The notes beneath the pieces are model-generated. The model was not told where the DNA came from. It made no database searches and saw only the letters and a program-made list of their open reading frames with translations. From NCBI GenBank assembly GCA_013239625.1, contig MU057352.1, positions 23,452,764-23,516,763 of the forward strand: 64,000 nt of DNA, written 5' to 3'. Below are positions 11,800-24,580 of the stretch, piece by piece (positions within the stretch are counted from its first letter, which is position 1; each line of letters starts with the position of its first letter). The translations under genes and the position numbers were made by a program. Origin of the DNA: Lama guanicoe (lineage: Eukaryota).

Positions 11800-12217
11800 A
11801 AGACTCTCGCTGAGTGTCGGGAGAGATTGGCAGGAACCCGAAATAGAAGTTGCCGTTGGGCGGAGATAGCGCCCTGGAGTGGGAGCTCCGTGGGACTTCC
11901 TGCTCACCCAGGAGCCACACCGCTGCTGTGCACCTTAACCCGTGTCCCGGCTCCCGTTCCCCCTCCTCGCTGGGAGCTAGAGGCAGCTCAGTGTCACTGA
12001 AGGCAGCGGTTGCTTCCACCGCCTCCAAATTGCTGCTTTTATCATATAAACTGTAAAGTGTCTTCATGCTCTGTCCCAACTTTGGTTAATGCCGGGGCGC
12101 CCGTCTCCAGACTTTGCCCAAGACGCGCAGCCTGGTGGACAGCAACGCAACAGCCAGCTCTTCACCAGGCTCAGTTTGTACAGATGTAACCTGTGCTCAA
12201 GACCTGGGCTTTTGCTG
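11800..12217 (+). other. Candidate alternative promoter / first exon
   Basis: CpG-enriched unique DNA with GGGCGG, AGATAG and ACTTCCTG motifs, ending at the strong donor CTG|GTGAGT (GT at 12218). Confidence 0.3.
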
Positions 12218-12986
12218 GTGAGTTGTCATCATCAAAAGGCCAGTGCAGGCCTGGTTATCTTCTGACCTCACGAGAGCAGTGTCCTCGGGTCAGCTCTCCG
12301 GGACCCACGGCTCGCCGTAGTCAGTGAGCGGGTCTCTGGCATTTAGGAAGGCATGTGGCCGTCCATCAGCAAGTACTAATTAATTGTCTCTGATGACCAA
12401 GGTTGGCTTTGGAGCAGTCTTGGTTTTCCCTCATCGTTTCACAGGATCGCGTCACTGAGCGTCTGTCTGCCCGGGGCCAGGCACCGAGCTCGGGGCGAGG
12501 GGTGCAGAGCAGTCGGCATGACCCGTCCCGCCTGGGAGGGCCTCACTGCCGTAGCTGAGAGCAAGTCCCGGTCCCGCACGGGCTGCTGGTTTATCTGCTC
12601 TGCTCGCGGCTCCGTCTGCAGCTCGTAGCCCAGCGTCTGGTATAGAGAAGGTGCTTTGTCAAAGTGCGTGGATGCGGATTTTGTGATTTCAGAGCAGGAG
12701 TCCCCACCTCTACCATAAAAGCTGACCAAAGGGCAGGGCTGTGCTTTCTTCCTGCTGTGACCTCTTTGACTCACCTGTGAACTTCCTACCCCCGGCTTAC
12801 GGCCCAGTACTCCTTATGGTGCAGACACCTCCTACGTGTAGACAGTGACCCTCGTTGGACCCTAGGCGTCTTGAGGGCAGGTAATTCATGTCTATTTCCT
12901 CCGCTTATACAAATGATGCTTTGTAGACTCAGTCAATGTCTGGGTAAGAATTGCTTCCGCTTAGCAAGAGAACCTTCTGGGGGATG

Positions 12987-13345
12987 TGCTGTGGACTGAA
13001 TCCTCCCCAAATTCATTTGTTGAAGCACGAACCCCCAAGATTATCTGCAGTGGGGGCCTTTGGGAGGTGATTAGGTTTGGATGAGGTCATGAGGGTGAGG
13101 CCCCCGTGATGGCATTCGTGCCCTTAATAAGAAGAGATGTAGAGAATTTGATCTCTCTCTCTCCCCCCCTACAATATGAGGGGAGAAGGTGGCCAGGTGC
13201 CACCCAAAAGGAGAGGCCTCAGAAGAAACCAGACCTGCCTACACCTCGATCTTGGATTTGTGTCCACAACTGTTAGGAAACACGTTTCTGTTTAGTCCCC
13301 CCAGTCTGTGATATTTTGTTCTGGCAGCCCGAGCCGACTGAGCCG
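12987..13345 (+). mobile_element. MLT1A-like MaLR solo LTR
   Basis: tgctgtggactgaat, gcctttgggaggtgattaggtttggatgaggtcatgagggt, tattttgttctggcagcccgagccgact. Confidence 0.9.
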
Positions 13346-14009
13346 AGGACTGGGGCCGCCTTAGTGTCACGCAGAGAGGACTGGAGAGAAGCTGGGAGTG
13401 AAAGGCTGGGAGGAAGGAGGCAGGTTGAACGTGTCTTTCGTGGCCCCAAAGATCAGAACCAAGATGGGGAAGAGGAAATAACAGACAGACAGGTATCACC
13501 CGAATGAAAGGAAACGGAGCCTTGTGGATGAATGAGTTGTCTCAGACAGCAGCCAGGCTCGTCGCTGGAGATGTCCACATAGAGCCCTCTCTGGGACTGA
13601 GAGGGATCCAAGCACCGCGCTGTGATGTGACCCTCTGAGATCCTGTGAGCCCGTAAGTAATCGTTACAAACAAGAACCATCTCCTCTCACGTGCAGAACA
13701 CATTACAGCTGCCAAAGCGTGTTCAGGTGCGCAGTTTCATTTAGTCCGTGTGACAGCATCATAGGTGATGCCCAGTACAAGTTTGCCAAATGAGGGGATT
13801 TGTAAGGGACCCATCGCCCTACTGCGGACAACAGAAGGAGCAGAGTGATTACTTGACTCGATAGTAAAGGCCAAGCCTGTCTCCAACCCACCACCCTCCC
13901 CGACTTCCTCCAAGTTGGCGCTGATAACGCTTTTCTCTTAAAATGATCATTTTCCTGTTTATACTTGCTTTCCATCTTAGTAAACTCTTCAGCATCCGTA
14001 TCATATCCC

Positions 14010-14130
14010 CTTTAACCATCACAATAGCCCTTTGAAATGGGCATGATTATTCTTACTTTGCAGATGAGAAAACTGGTGTTCAGAGAGTGGAGTGACTTCT
14101 GCAAGGGCTCCTGTTCCTGCTGGGCATGGC
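14010..14130 (-). mobile_element. MIR SINE fragment
   Basis: tttgcagatgagaaaactggtgttcagagagtggagtgactt. Confidence 0.7.
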
Positions 14131-14378
14131 CTTAGGTTTGCGGGCAGTGGGCACCCTCCGAGCAGAGATGAGCCCATCATCCTGGCACTGGGGGGCGTGC
14201 AGGAAGTTCTTGGCCACAAGCAGAGTTGACGGAGACCCTGTCACAGGTTAAAGTTGCAGGTGAATTGAATATCGTGAAACAGTAGTCAAACGGTCAGGTC
14301 ACTCTTTCTTGTACTCATGTCTGATTTCCAGTAATCTCTTTGGCAATTCCCGGTGTGCTCTGTGCTCCTGGAGAAGGC

Positions 14379-14552
14379 AGTGGAGTTTCTCAGCCCTGGC
14401 TACATACCACAGTCACCTCCTGGGAACTTGCAAAGAACCTCAGGATCTGATCCCTGCTCCCCGGCCCCCTAGACTAGGGTCTAATGGGTCTGCGGAAGGA
14501 TCTGGGCATCAGTGTTTGTACAGATCTCTTCAGATGGTTGGGAATCACCAAA
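14379..14552. mobile_element. MER5A/B-like hAT-Charlie element
   Basis: cagtgg..tttctcagccctggct...gtcacct...ctgggcatcagtgttt...gggaatcacc. Confidence 0.6.
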
Positions 14553-14749
14553 CTGGTGTTGGTGTGGGCAGGCTTGTGCATGCAGGTTCAGAGGACATTG
14601 TGATGAGGTGGGAAGGCCTTGGTCTGCTTTGCTCCTGGGATCTCTGCTCAGTTCTGTGCTGGCTGCTTTTTGCTTTGCAGAAGTGATTTCATTTCTCCTT
14701 CCCTCCAACTCTCCTGATTTGAGGTCGGGCTCCAATGGGACACCGTGTG

Positions 14750-14880
14750 ACGTCACACCATAGCTCCTGCCAAGCTGTGACCTTGGGAAAGCACCTTCAG
14801 TTCTCTGGGCCTCTGCCTCCATCTCCTGCTCTGTCACCTGGAAGTGATACTGCTCATTTCCTCACGAGGCTCTTGTAAGC
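14750..14880 (+). mobile_element. MIR SINE fragment
   Basis: agctgtgaccttgggaaagcaccttcagttctctgggcctc. Confidence 0.65.
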
Positions 14881-14989
14881 CTTACCTCTGGGGACCATGC
14901 CTGGATAGGTCTCTATCTACCCAAATATCTGTATCTGTGTGTCTGTTATGGGATTATGATGTGTCTGTGTCTTTGTGTCGCTAACCTGG

Positions 14990-15150
14990 TATATCTATTC
15001 CAGAACTGTTTACTGAGCACTGCTGGGTGCTGGGGAATGGACAAGGGAGAGCCAGTCTCAGCCCCTTGGGGAATTCCATCTTTGAAGGGGACAGTTGATG
15101 GGCAAGGAGTTATAAGAATGTGCAGTGGATGCTACGGTGCAGCAGGTCAG
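14990..15150 (-). mobile_element. L2 LINE 3' fragment
   Basis: tgtttactgagcactgctgggtgctgggga...cagtctcagccccttggggaatt. Confidence 0.55.
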
Positions 15151-16544
15151 GAAGGAGGGCCGTGTAACAGAGGGTCCTGCTTTGTGCCCGGTCGTTGCGG
15201 GGAGACTGCTCCTGTCAGAACTCGCTGTTCTCCTGGATTCCCTCTGTATTTTACATGTCTGGCGTTCTTGGGCTTAACTGTAACTGCTCATCTGTCCATC
15301 CTCGGTATTCGTCTGCGCTCATCGCCTTGGGCTTCATTTCTGTGTGTAGTGAGTGTGTTTCACTCGTTCATTTGGCTCAGTTCAGTTCAAGCAGTGCATC
15401 TTGGGAGTCTGTGTTGTCTGTGGGGGTCACCCAGATGAAAAGACCTTTACAGAAATCCCCACGGTCTCCTGGGAAAGACAGGCGTGTGAGTGCACGTAGG
15501 TTTGGACCATCATGGCGGCTGTGATTGCTGTTGGTCCTGTGGCGAATGGGGACCCAAGGGGTAGGGGGCCCTTGAAAATGTGTGGCCCTGAGAGCAACAT
15601 GTCTGTGCCTCTCATTAAGTCCTGGTTTTTCAAGGTGAGGACCTGTGTCTCCCTTGGGTTGAGGTCACTGCCCGACACGTGGTAGGTGCATTTTGAATGC
15701 ATGGAGAGTAGCTGGACAGACCGAGTATCTTTTCTCTGGGAGTGTGTCCTCATCTCTAAACAGAGGTCAGCTGACGTTTTGATTCTCAGTTGATGGTCAC
15801 GCTTTGGAGTCCTGTGATGGCTGCTGAAACAATCCTTCCTCATCAGAGCGACCAAGGAGGTCGCCGTTTTGTGACGTCCTCCGATTCTCATCGTTGCTCG
15901 AAGCTGACTAATTATGAGCAGGGAAGTGAGGGCCATGAAATGCCCCTGTCTGCACATCTGGCCTCACTGTCAAATCCAGTACTCATTTCTGATAACTCCT
16001 TTGGCTTCTGTGAAGCTGCCTGGCCATGCCTGGCTGTGGGCAGTGCTGGTAATGAGCCCAACAGCCAGCACAGGTTGAGGGGTGGGGAGGTGGGGACCCC
16101 GTGGGTGGAGAAGATGGGCTTTTCCAGCCCATTTCATGGTCATGAGAAGGCTTTGAGAATGGTTAGTGACGTCTGCTACCACATTCGCTTTCTCTGTTTC
16201 CATTGAAAATGAAATTCTGGATGGAGTGAACCCAGCTAAGAAAAGGGAAGGGGGACAGAAAAGCGATGGCAAATGCCACGTGGTTATTTCTAGAGTGCTT
16301 TGTACTTTTCAGAGTGTTTCCCCTGCACCGTTTCTCGTCTGGACTCTCAGAGCACTTCAGAAGCCCTTAGCATGTCGGCAGCTGGGATTACAGAAAAGAT
16401 TGCTGCCTTCAGAAATTTTCCCAGGAACTCATGGGAATCCACACCTTTCCAGCCGTGTAACCTTGTCAAGTGTAGTCTACCACTTTGAGCCTCAGTCTCC
16501 TCCCCCAAGAAAGAAAAAAAGGAAGATGGGAATGCTCTCTTTGA

Positions 16545-16900
16545 GTAACTCTAGGTACTGTAACAAACCTCAATGTCTTGGTAGCTCAGCACAAAAGCAG
16601 CCAATTTCTTCCTCACATCATAGCCCAGGGAGGATGGTCCTGGTCAGTGGGCGGTGTTTCTTCATGCAGGGATTGGAAGACTCCGGTCTCTTCCATGCTG
16701 TTGGTCCGCCATCTCTTCAAGGACCGTGAAATCCATCCAGCTGGCGGCGGGTGGGGATGGGGGAAGGCGGAGCCAGCACACCTGCTTCTCATACACCTGG
16801 TCCTGGAAGTGGCATGTGGTCACTTCCCTTGCATCTGTTGGGGAGTACCAGGCATGTCATCCCTGCCTTGGGGACCACTTACCAGGGGCCGCTCTGCGAG
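16545..16900 (-). mobile_element. Old MLT1 (J/K-like) LTR
   Basis: ctgtaacaaacctcaatgtcttggtagctcagcacaaaag...ggaagtggcatgtggtcacttcc. Confidence 0.5.
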
Positions 16901-17110
16901 GGGGACTGTAAACTCTTGGTAAGCACTTGTGCCATCAATACCTCCCTTTAGCATTGCATAAGGATAAGTAAGGTTGGGTTTATGAACACACCCTGCCGTG
17001 GTGTGTACCACAAACTCAGTCCTTCAGTATTCGTGGAATTTTTTCCCCCTACTCTTTCCTAATGGAGTGTCGCCTTATAGTATTATTAACTTTTTTTTGT
17101 CTGTATATTT

Positions 17111-17299
17111 GCAGATACTAACAACTACATATAAAATAGATAAACAAGTTTCTTCTGTATATATTCAGTATCTTGTAGTAACCTGTAATGAAAAAGAGTA
17201 TGAAAACAAATATGTGTATGTATATGTATGACTGAAGCACTGTGCTGCACACCAGAAATTGACACAACATTGTAAACTGACTACACTACAAAAAAAAAA
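17111..17299 (+). mobile_element. Artiodactyl/camelid L1 3' end with poly(A)
   Basis: atataaaatagataaacaag, tattcagtatcttgtagtaacc, caccagaaattgacacaacattgtaaactgactac, then A tail. Confidence 0.85.
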
Positions 17300-18285
17300 T
17301 TTTTACCTAAAATCCCAAGACCCAGGGATTTCCACAGACGGCACTTAAATATCCCTCATAGGCGCACAGATTCGACCAGGACCATTCCTGTGGTTCCGTA
17401 GTTAATTTATCCTTGAAGCATGAGTGGTGGGTATCTGTCTGTGTCCGTAAGGCTTGCTCTCCATCACAGGGGAAGTGGCTCACTGTCATCTACCGTAGCT
17501 GGATCATGATTGAAGTTAACTCCTCCTTTGCTGGTGACTTTTAGATTGTGTTCAGTGTTTTTGTTTTTTTTTTTTTTTACTTGCTGGTACAAAGGATACA
17601 GCATGAATTCTCATACACCACACAACTAGGGTTATAAGGAAGGCAAAGATGAGTTACACCATATTCCGTCCTCAGGACAGTCACGATTCAACAAGCCACA
17701 CAGGTGGCATAGAGCAGTTATCCTGGCCAGATGATGGTGGTTTCCCAAATCAGAGCTTTAGTGCTGTGGAGGTTGGATGTGCAGGGGGTCCTGGTCCAGG
17801 TGAGGACACCAGGCACCTGCCATTCCTGGGTCAGCAGCTGCCTTCTTGGGTTTCAGAGCCTGGTACAGCGTCAGAAAGGGGACCTCAGAGGTCATCACCC
17901 CACCCGCCTGCAGATGGGAAAACAGAGACTCAGAGAGATTGGAGGGCTTGTGAAGGGGGAGCGCAGCTGTCCCCAAATCCTGCTGTCCTCCTCCAGCGCG
18001 AAGGCCTCGTGATCCTGTGTCAGGCTGCTTGAGTGCTGTTTTTCCAAACGTTGTGTGTGGACATCTCCTGGGCTGTGTCAGAGGGACTTTCTCAGTGTGT
18101 TCCGGGGCAGTGGTGATGGTAGGACGGGCGGCGACAGGTGGGTTCATGATACCTCGGAAGTCCTGTTGTCTAGTTCACAATACGGTAAGAATTGCGTTAG
18201 CTGCCTCCTCCTTAATGTTTTTAGCATGAGTTGATAGAATCTGGGGACCGACTCCCTCATTTACACTGGCAGCCGTCCTCAGCGG

Positions 18286-18307
18286 GTCACCTGTCACCTG
18301 TCACCTG
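18286..18307. repeat. (GTCACCT)3 tandem repeat
   Basis: gtcacctgtcacctgtcacctg read directly. Confidence 0.9.
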
Positions 18308-20627
18308 TTGGACTCGAGTTCAGTCTCTGCTGCCCTTGTTTCCCAGTGTCGGGCATGACAGCGCCCGCGCTGAGCTGCGGGTATTCTGGGAGTTCATAGT
18401 GATCAAAACTAAGTAGTTTCAGAGTCACTTTTCAGAATCCTGTTGTGCGTGTGCACAGAGATGTTGACTGCAGGGATAATTGTGACAGTGTAAAATCAGA
18501 AAAAGAGCTTCCGTGTCATGGAACGCAGGAGCCATTGAGGGAACCATAGCACGTGCAGAGAATTTGTCATTGGGCCATTGCAACATTAAGATGATGGTTA
18601 ATAGTGGCTACATTATGGGAAAGGGTCACATGGTATGATGATACGATAAGGAAAGACAGAGGTGCTGTGAAAGGTCAGATAAAAACACCCACCGGTCAGC
18701 AGTCATGTCATGATCAGGTGCTCTATGCTGGACACTGGTGCTGGGGGTCAGCAGAGGCTCGCAGGGAAATGGGCAGCCGTCTGTCTGCATCTGTTTCCCC
18801 CATTAGACTCCTGGAAGGCCCCGACCGTCTGGCTCTGAGCTGACCCCCTTCACGGCTGCGTGTCATGGCGTGTTCATCACTGTGTGTGACGGCGTGTTCA
18901 CTGCTACTGTGATGGCAGCAGCTTCACTCTACTTGTGTCGATGTCTTCACTACCTGTCATGCCATTCAGTGTGTTCATTGCATCAAGAAGTCACAGAAGA
19001 AGAGAGTCTGGCAGAAATGCCAGGAGGAGAGATTCCCCTGAAATGTTCCAGGTACAATATCTCCAGTCCAGGTGGCAACAGCAGGCAAATCCTGATATAC
19101 CGGGGAGTGCCTGCTTGGGGAACCTTAGTTAGCCTATGACTGGGTCTCCTTCCAGCCGGCTGGGTGGGAGCCCACCTTCTACATCGAAGCCCTGTGGGGC
19201 ATGATGAATGTGTTACTGAGAGCATTGTAAGTGAGAACACTTCATATCTGATGGGCTGGTAGTGGGTGTTGCTGTCTGCAGTCCAAGGGCCTCCCCACCA
19301 GCTTAAAATCTCTGGATCAGATAGCAGGGGGAAGGACTGGCTGGGGGAGCAGAGCTGGCGGGCCCTGGAGAAGCTCTTCTTGTTCCTTGACTCTGAGTAT
19401 GATTCATAATGATTGTAGCAGATGAGGCATGAAGTCCATGGCTCAGGCTACAGCGGATGAAGGCTTTTCCCAGGGAGGCATGCCGAGCCTCCCCGGAGGA
19501 CCTCGGGAGGACCTCGGCCGTCTGGCTGGCCCGGGCTGCCCGTTTCTAGCAGCGCGGTCGGGGATGAGCAGCCTGTTATCACTGGCGGTGGTTCCCGTCT
19601 GCACGAAGGTCAGAGCCCACAGTGCCTGGACCGGCTGGAAGCAGGCGCCATGTTCAGGATGCTCAAGCTGCATCCAAGACAGAGAGCCTTGAAAAGGGGG
19701 TTTACAGCAGGCTACAGTTTGTTTTACGTTCATAATTTTTTTTTATATCTGGAAAACAATGAAAAAAATTGAAAATTGCTGTAATTGCACCAATTTTTAA
19801 AATTAGTAATATAAGGGAGGGAAAGTAACCTATGCCACCTTGAAACCCATCCCACTTCTTCCTGAGATAATCCCTGTTACCAGTTTGGTAGCTCAATGCC
19901 AACCCCGTGCCGTACTGTTCACCCTCTCCGGAAGGAATAAAAACCCTGAACTGTAGGTTTGTTGATTGCTGGGGTGAAATCCTGCCACGGCTGATTTCAG
20001 GCAACCGAAGGTTTAAAAACCATTTTGCACAACTCTTGAATATTTAGTGATGGGCTTGCGCAAGCCCCCAGCACACTCCTAAGCTACCACTTTCTTTTTT
20101 TTCTTTTTTCTTTTGGGAAATTGGAAGCCTGTTGTGCACACTGACCTGCGTATCATTTACATTTCCTGTATCGCGAACCTCCGCCCAGACCAGCACGTGC
20201 AGACGTACTTTGTTCCGTTCCCTTATGTAGTGGGGTTTCCATGAAAGTGCACGGTGTTTCTTCTGGAAGGTTCTTGGAGGGGCAGAATCATCCCACCAGG
20301 AATGGGGAAAGTGACTGCAGCTCTTAGCGTGCAGGGGCGCTGGCCCCTGGGACACTGTCCACACCTCAGACCTGAGTTCCTTAGGGTTTAATTTAGTTTC
20401 TGGCCTCTTCTAGACAGGTCATTCTAATACTCCGGAGGCTAATCAAGTCTGGGGATGACACTTCCCTTCACTCCTGCTCGTCTGTGGATTCCATCAGATA
20501 ATCTCCTTTTTCTTCTGGGGAGCCTTTCTTGTTATTCCCCTATTTCCTCAATCTGCCTCCAAGGTGGCAAAATGCCTCTTCTCCAGGATTCCTTAGACCC
20601 AGGGCTTCCACCTATGAGTAATCCTTA

Positions 20628-20795
20628 TGTCATTTAATCTTTATAATAATGCACCGAGGTTGGGACTATTAATATTTTCATTTTATGGATGAGGAAACTA
20701 AAGCACAGAGAAGTTAAGTGATTTACCCAGGGTTACACAGCTAGTTAGTTGTAGAGCCCAGTTCCCCACCTAGGTGGTTTGGCTCTAAGCTGTAC
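20628..20795 (-). mobile_element. MIR SINE
   Basis: cattttatggatgaggaaactaaagcacagagaagttaagtgatttacccagggttacacagctag. Confidence 0.85.
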
Positions 20796-21734
20796 CACCT
20801 CCCTCTGCAGCCACCAGGGCGTCCCGCTTGTCAGAGGGAGAACCGTTCTCTGACCCTGGGTGAGCGTCATGAACGTCATTGCCGCAGTTCATTGTTCGTT
20901 GATATTTTTAACACTTCACAGGGATGTGTGGCTGGTGCACGTGGCAAAGACTATTCCTGTTTCCTAGATGTGTCCCAAGAACCATGACAAAATCCAAGGT
21001 GGCAGTCTCACCCGCTGGAGGAAGAGGACTTAGGCCCCAGGACTCTTCATTCCCTGGCTGGAACATCTTATTCTCCAGGGAGCACCCCTGTCCTGGCCCC
21101 GCCCCACCCCACCCTACATGCTGCTGTTCCCACACCAGATGGACCACAGTGGAGTCCACTCAAGGTATTTGCACAGGCCTGAATTGGAAATGATGATACT
21201 TTGTTTAGAATTTCATTTTTGGTCTGTGGATTTTCCATTTATGAGTTCTTATCCTCTTTTGGGCCATTTTCTTTCTTCTATTTTTCCCCAATCTGAGGAA
21301 ACATAGGGTAGGGAGGGGAAAAAAAAATCTTTCCATATTCCATCCTAGGGAAGCTTGCCAAAGAGTCTGTCCTGTCGGCTGCTGGCTGGAGGGCGGTCCC
21401 CACCCCCAGAAGCCACGTCTGCGCCCAGCCTGGGGTGGGGGTGGGGGACTCCACTCAGTGCCGAACATTGATGGCTGCAGACAACCCGACCCTGCCTTGG
21501 AATGTGCCTTAGAGAACATAGCATCTTCTTGGCTCCGGAACGCCCCCTCTGCTGGGAAGCGGTGTATTTTCTCTTCCCAGTCCTGCCCCACCCTCTTCAT
21601 TACTTTTAATAACTATGCAGGGAACTCCTTTCCCTCCAGTAAAGATAGTCATCACATTTTTCAGCTTGGGTCTCGACGTTTTCATCAAATCCCCAAGAGC
21701 CTTGACACAGGCACATGAGTCACATTGTAGAGGA

Positions 21735-21895
21735 GGCAAGAGCTCTGGTTCCAGATTAGATGAGACTAAAGTTCAAATATAAAGCTGGACCTTGGACTAG
21801 CTGTGTGGCCCCAGGCAAGTTCCTTAACCTCTCTGAGGCTCCTTCAGTTTCATGTCTGCAAAAGGGAGATTTTGGTCACAGCAAGTCCGTGTGAG
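21735..21895 (+). mobile_element. MIR SINE
   Basis: ctagctgtgtggccccaggcaagttccttaacctctctgag...catgtctgcaaaaggg. Confidence 0.75.
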
Positions 21896-22174
21896 GGAAG
21901 CAGGCCCCTCGCCTGGACGCACACAGCAGGCCCAGGGGTGATCACCTTCCTCATGGCGCTCCCTCTTTGGATGGTGGCCCCACAGAAAGGGTGGGGGAAG
22001 CCAGCGTGAGGAGGTGGGCAGAAACGACAGATCAGATGATGAAGCCATTTCCTGTGAAAGGTATCAGAGAAATCTTTCACCATCTCAGCAGTTTTGCTCT
22101 AAGGTGCTGGGGCTAAAAGGCAAGTTCAGAAAACTTACTCTCATTAAAAAAAAAAAATTTAGCAACTTTAATGC

Positions 22175-22292
22175 TTTCATTTAGTTAGTTATTTGGGGGG
22201 TAGAAATTGGGTTTATTTATGTATTTATTTATTTTTCTAATCGAGGTACTGGGGATTGAACCCAGGACCTCGTGCCTGCCAAACCCTCCCCC
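22175..22292 (-). mobile_element. Camelid tRNA-derived SINE (Vic-1-like) with internal deletion
   Basis: gggtttatttatgtatttattt...gaggtactggggattgaacccaggacctcgtgc...accctccccc; A-box segment missing relative to the 34 kb copy. Confidence 0.8.
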
Positions 22293-22344
22293 ACTCTCTT
22301 CTCTTTAAGGATGGGATTAATGCTTTGGCGTCTCTGCAGCCGGT

Positions 22345-22560
22345 GGGTGAGAACCTGCTCCCTGGGGTCAGGATGTCTGCTGGCCCAGCCGAACCCCACC
22401 GCTTACTAGCTCTGGGCCTCGGGACACTTTAGCTTCGCTGTGCCTTATTGTTCGCACCCAGAAAATGGTCATAAAAATACGGCCCGCCCCACAAAATCCT
22501 TGTGCGGCCTAGATGTGATAATGTGGGAGCAGGCTTAAAGCGGTGCTTGCCGTGCGGGGT
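22345..22560 (+). mobile_element. MIR SINE (GC/CpG-enriched copy)
   Basis: ccaccgcttactagctctgggcctcgggacac...gaaaatggtcataaaaatac...agatgtgataatgtg. Confidence 0.6.
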
Positions 22561-23496
22561 GTGCGGTGCCGGCTGGCCGCGGCCGTCACAGCGCTTTCCC
22601 TCTCTGTGCGCACGTGGGAGTGCGTCTACTTACATCTGTTTCCCCGCTGGGCTGTGAATGCTTTGCAGCCGGGGGCCACGCGTGATCTCTGCGGGGCCTG
22701 CAGTGACCTGACCACTGTGTGCCTTTGCCCTCTTGGGGAGAAGGGGTTCAAACGTGAGCTGAAGAACCCCTGTGCTGGAATCACCTTGGTGGAGTTTATG
22801 GAAACTACTGGCTTCTGGGCCCTGACCCAGAACCACCGAAATCAGATGCTGGGTATCACTTGGATCCCTATTTGCCCTCTTCTTCCTGGTGTCAGTCCAG
22901 CAGAGGCAGCAGGACTGCAGACCCTGTGCAGAGGGGGTTCCCTGCCCACTCTCCTCATGGCCAGTAAAACTAGGAGACTTCCGGGTGAGGACGGGGATCA
23001 GTTAACATGGAGCCTTTGCTGGCCTTTCTTCTGGATTTGTGCAGCATAGAAATGCAGGGGAGACTGCACTCCTTTTTGTGGAACTGCCCCGTCCACACCC
23101 ACTCTCCCCAGGTGCGGCGCTGGTTGATTCCAGCTCTGTGACTCACTGCCACGTGCTGTCCTCCTCTCCTGGGTGATGGAGAGCATTCAATGGCGGGGAC
23201 CTGTGTCTGTCCTCAGCCTGCAAGTCCATTCTTGGGCAAGGTAGATATTTTGCTGCCCTTGCTAAGGCTTTCCATACCTAAGAGGCACCAAAGGGTTCCC
23301 CGGCAGAGCCCAGTCTAGCATCTGGTGCCCCAGGTCGTTGCTGCCCCTCCTCTGTGTCTGTGCTGCAGGGGCAGTGGCACAGGGCTCAGCACAGACTGGT
23401 GAGCCTGGGTTCGAATCCTGTCTGGGTCGCTTAGCTCAGTAACTTCATATAAGCAACATAAGTATGTGTACCCTCCCTTTTCTCTCTCTGAAACGA

Positions 23497-23897
23497 TGTG
23501 GTGAATGGATTTCACAAATGGTCCAACTTTTCACCTATTCCCTGTCTCTCCGATGCTGGCTGGACTCAATTCTATGACTTGCTTTGTTAAGTGTTAACAG
23601 ACACCCTGCAAGGAGAGCTTTGGAAAAGTGTACTCTGCCTTCACCATGGGAAGGATGTCTCCAGGCTAGCCTTATGGTTCCTGGAGGATGAGAGACCCAT
23701 GGAACATAACCAGGGTGCTCCGGTTCTCCTAGTGGAGACCAGCCCAGACCAGCTGACAACCAGTCAACTCCCAGACAGCTGGGTGAGCCCAGCCAAGACC
23801 TTCAGAGCTACCTGCCTGGCCACCCAGGCTCATGGACACTTAGTGCTTATGCTGCTGGCGTTTTTGTTATGCAGCACTTTTTGGTGATAGACAGAAT
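23497..23897 (+). mobile_element. MLT1H/G-like MaLR LTR
   Basis: tgtggtgaatgg start; ccatgggaaggatgtctccaggctagcc; gaggatgagagacccatgga; ttgttatgcagcac end. Confidence 0.7.
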
Positions 23898-24169
23898 GGG
23901 AAAGTGATAAGGACTATTAGATGAGTTGAATTCTACAAGGGCAGGGGTTGCCTGGTACCACGTGCATTGCCTGATACATCAAATCCTTGTTGAATGGTTG
24001 AGTGATCTGATAAGGATAAATCAGGTAACACCTCTGTAAACATGACCGACATACTGCCTGTTCCTGCTACTCAGAGCATCTCTAATGGGCTGGGATCACT
24101 GCCATTTCCCAGTTCACTTGGTTTTCTATAGGAGCAGAGGTGCCATTAGTGGTTATACACAGAGCAAGG

Positions 24170-24188
24170 GAGAGAGAGAGAGAGAGAG
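24170..24188. repeat. (GA)n microsatellite
   Basis: gagagagagagagagagag. Confidence 0.9.
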
Positions 24189-24379
24189 TTGGGCAGTAGA
24201 GTAGCTGAGGTTCTGGTTTTAAGATCCTAAAGGGTAAATGTGTCTCTTGATCTGCTGGGTACTTTGGGCCCCAAACCCCGAGGTAAGCCTGTTATATTCC
24301 TCAAGGGGAAAATGATTTGACACAGATATCAGTTTAAGAACTTACCAGGGATGAGCTAGAGAAATGGCAGCCCCCCGTA

Positions 24380-24580
24380 TGTTGGGCATTTGCTCCCCAC
24401 CAGGCACTTTTTGGCCACTCCCATTTGATTCTCACTGCATGACTCCGCAGGGAGGAATTGCCCTTCCCATTTGAAAGATGAAGAAACTCAGCTCAGAGAC
24501 ATCAAGTGAATAACCAGGGGCACACAGCTAAGAAGGCAGCAGCGTGAGCGTTCACAGAAGTCCAGGGCTGCCTGACAGCA
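24380..24580 (-). mobile_element. MIR SINE
   Basis: cccatttgaaagatgaagaaactcagctcagagacatcaagtgaataaccaggggcacacagcta. Confidence 0.75.
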
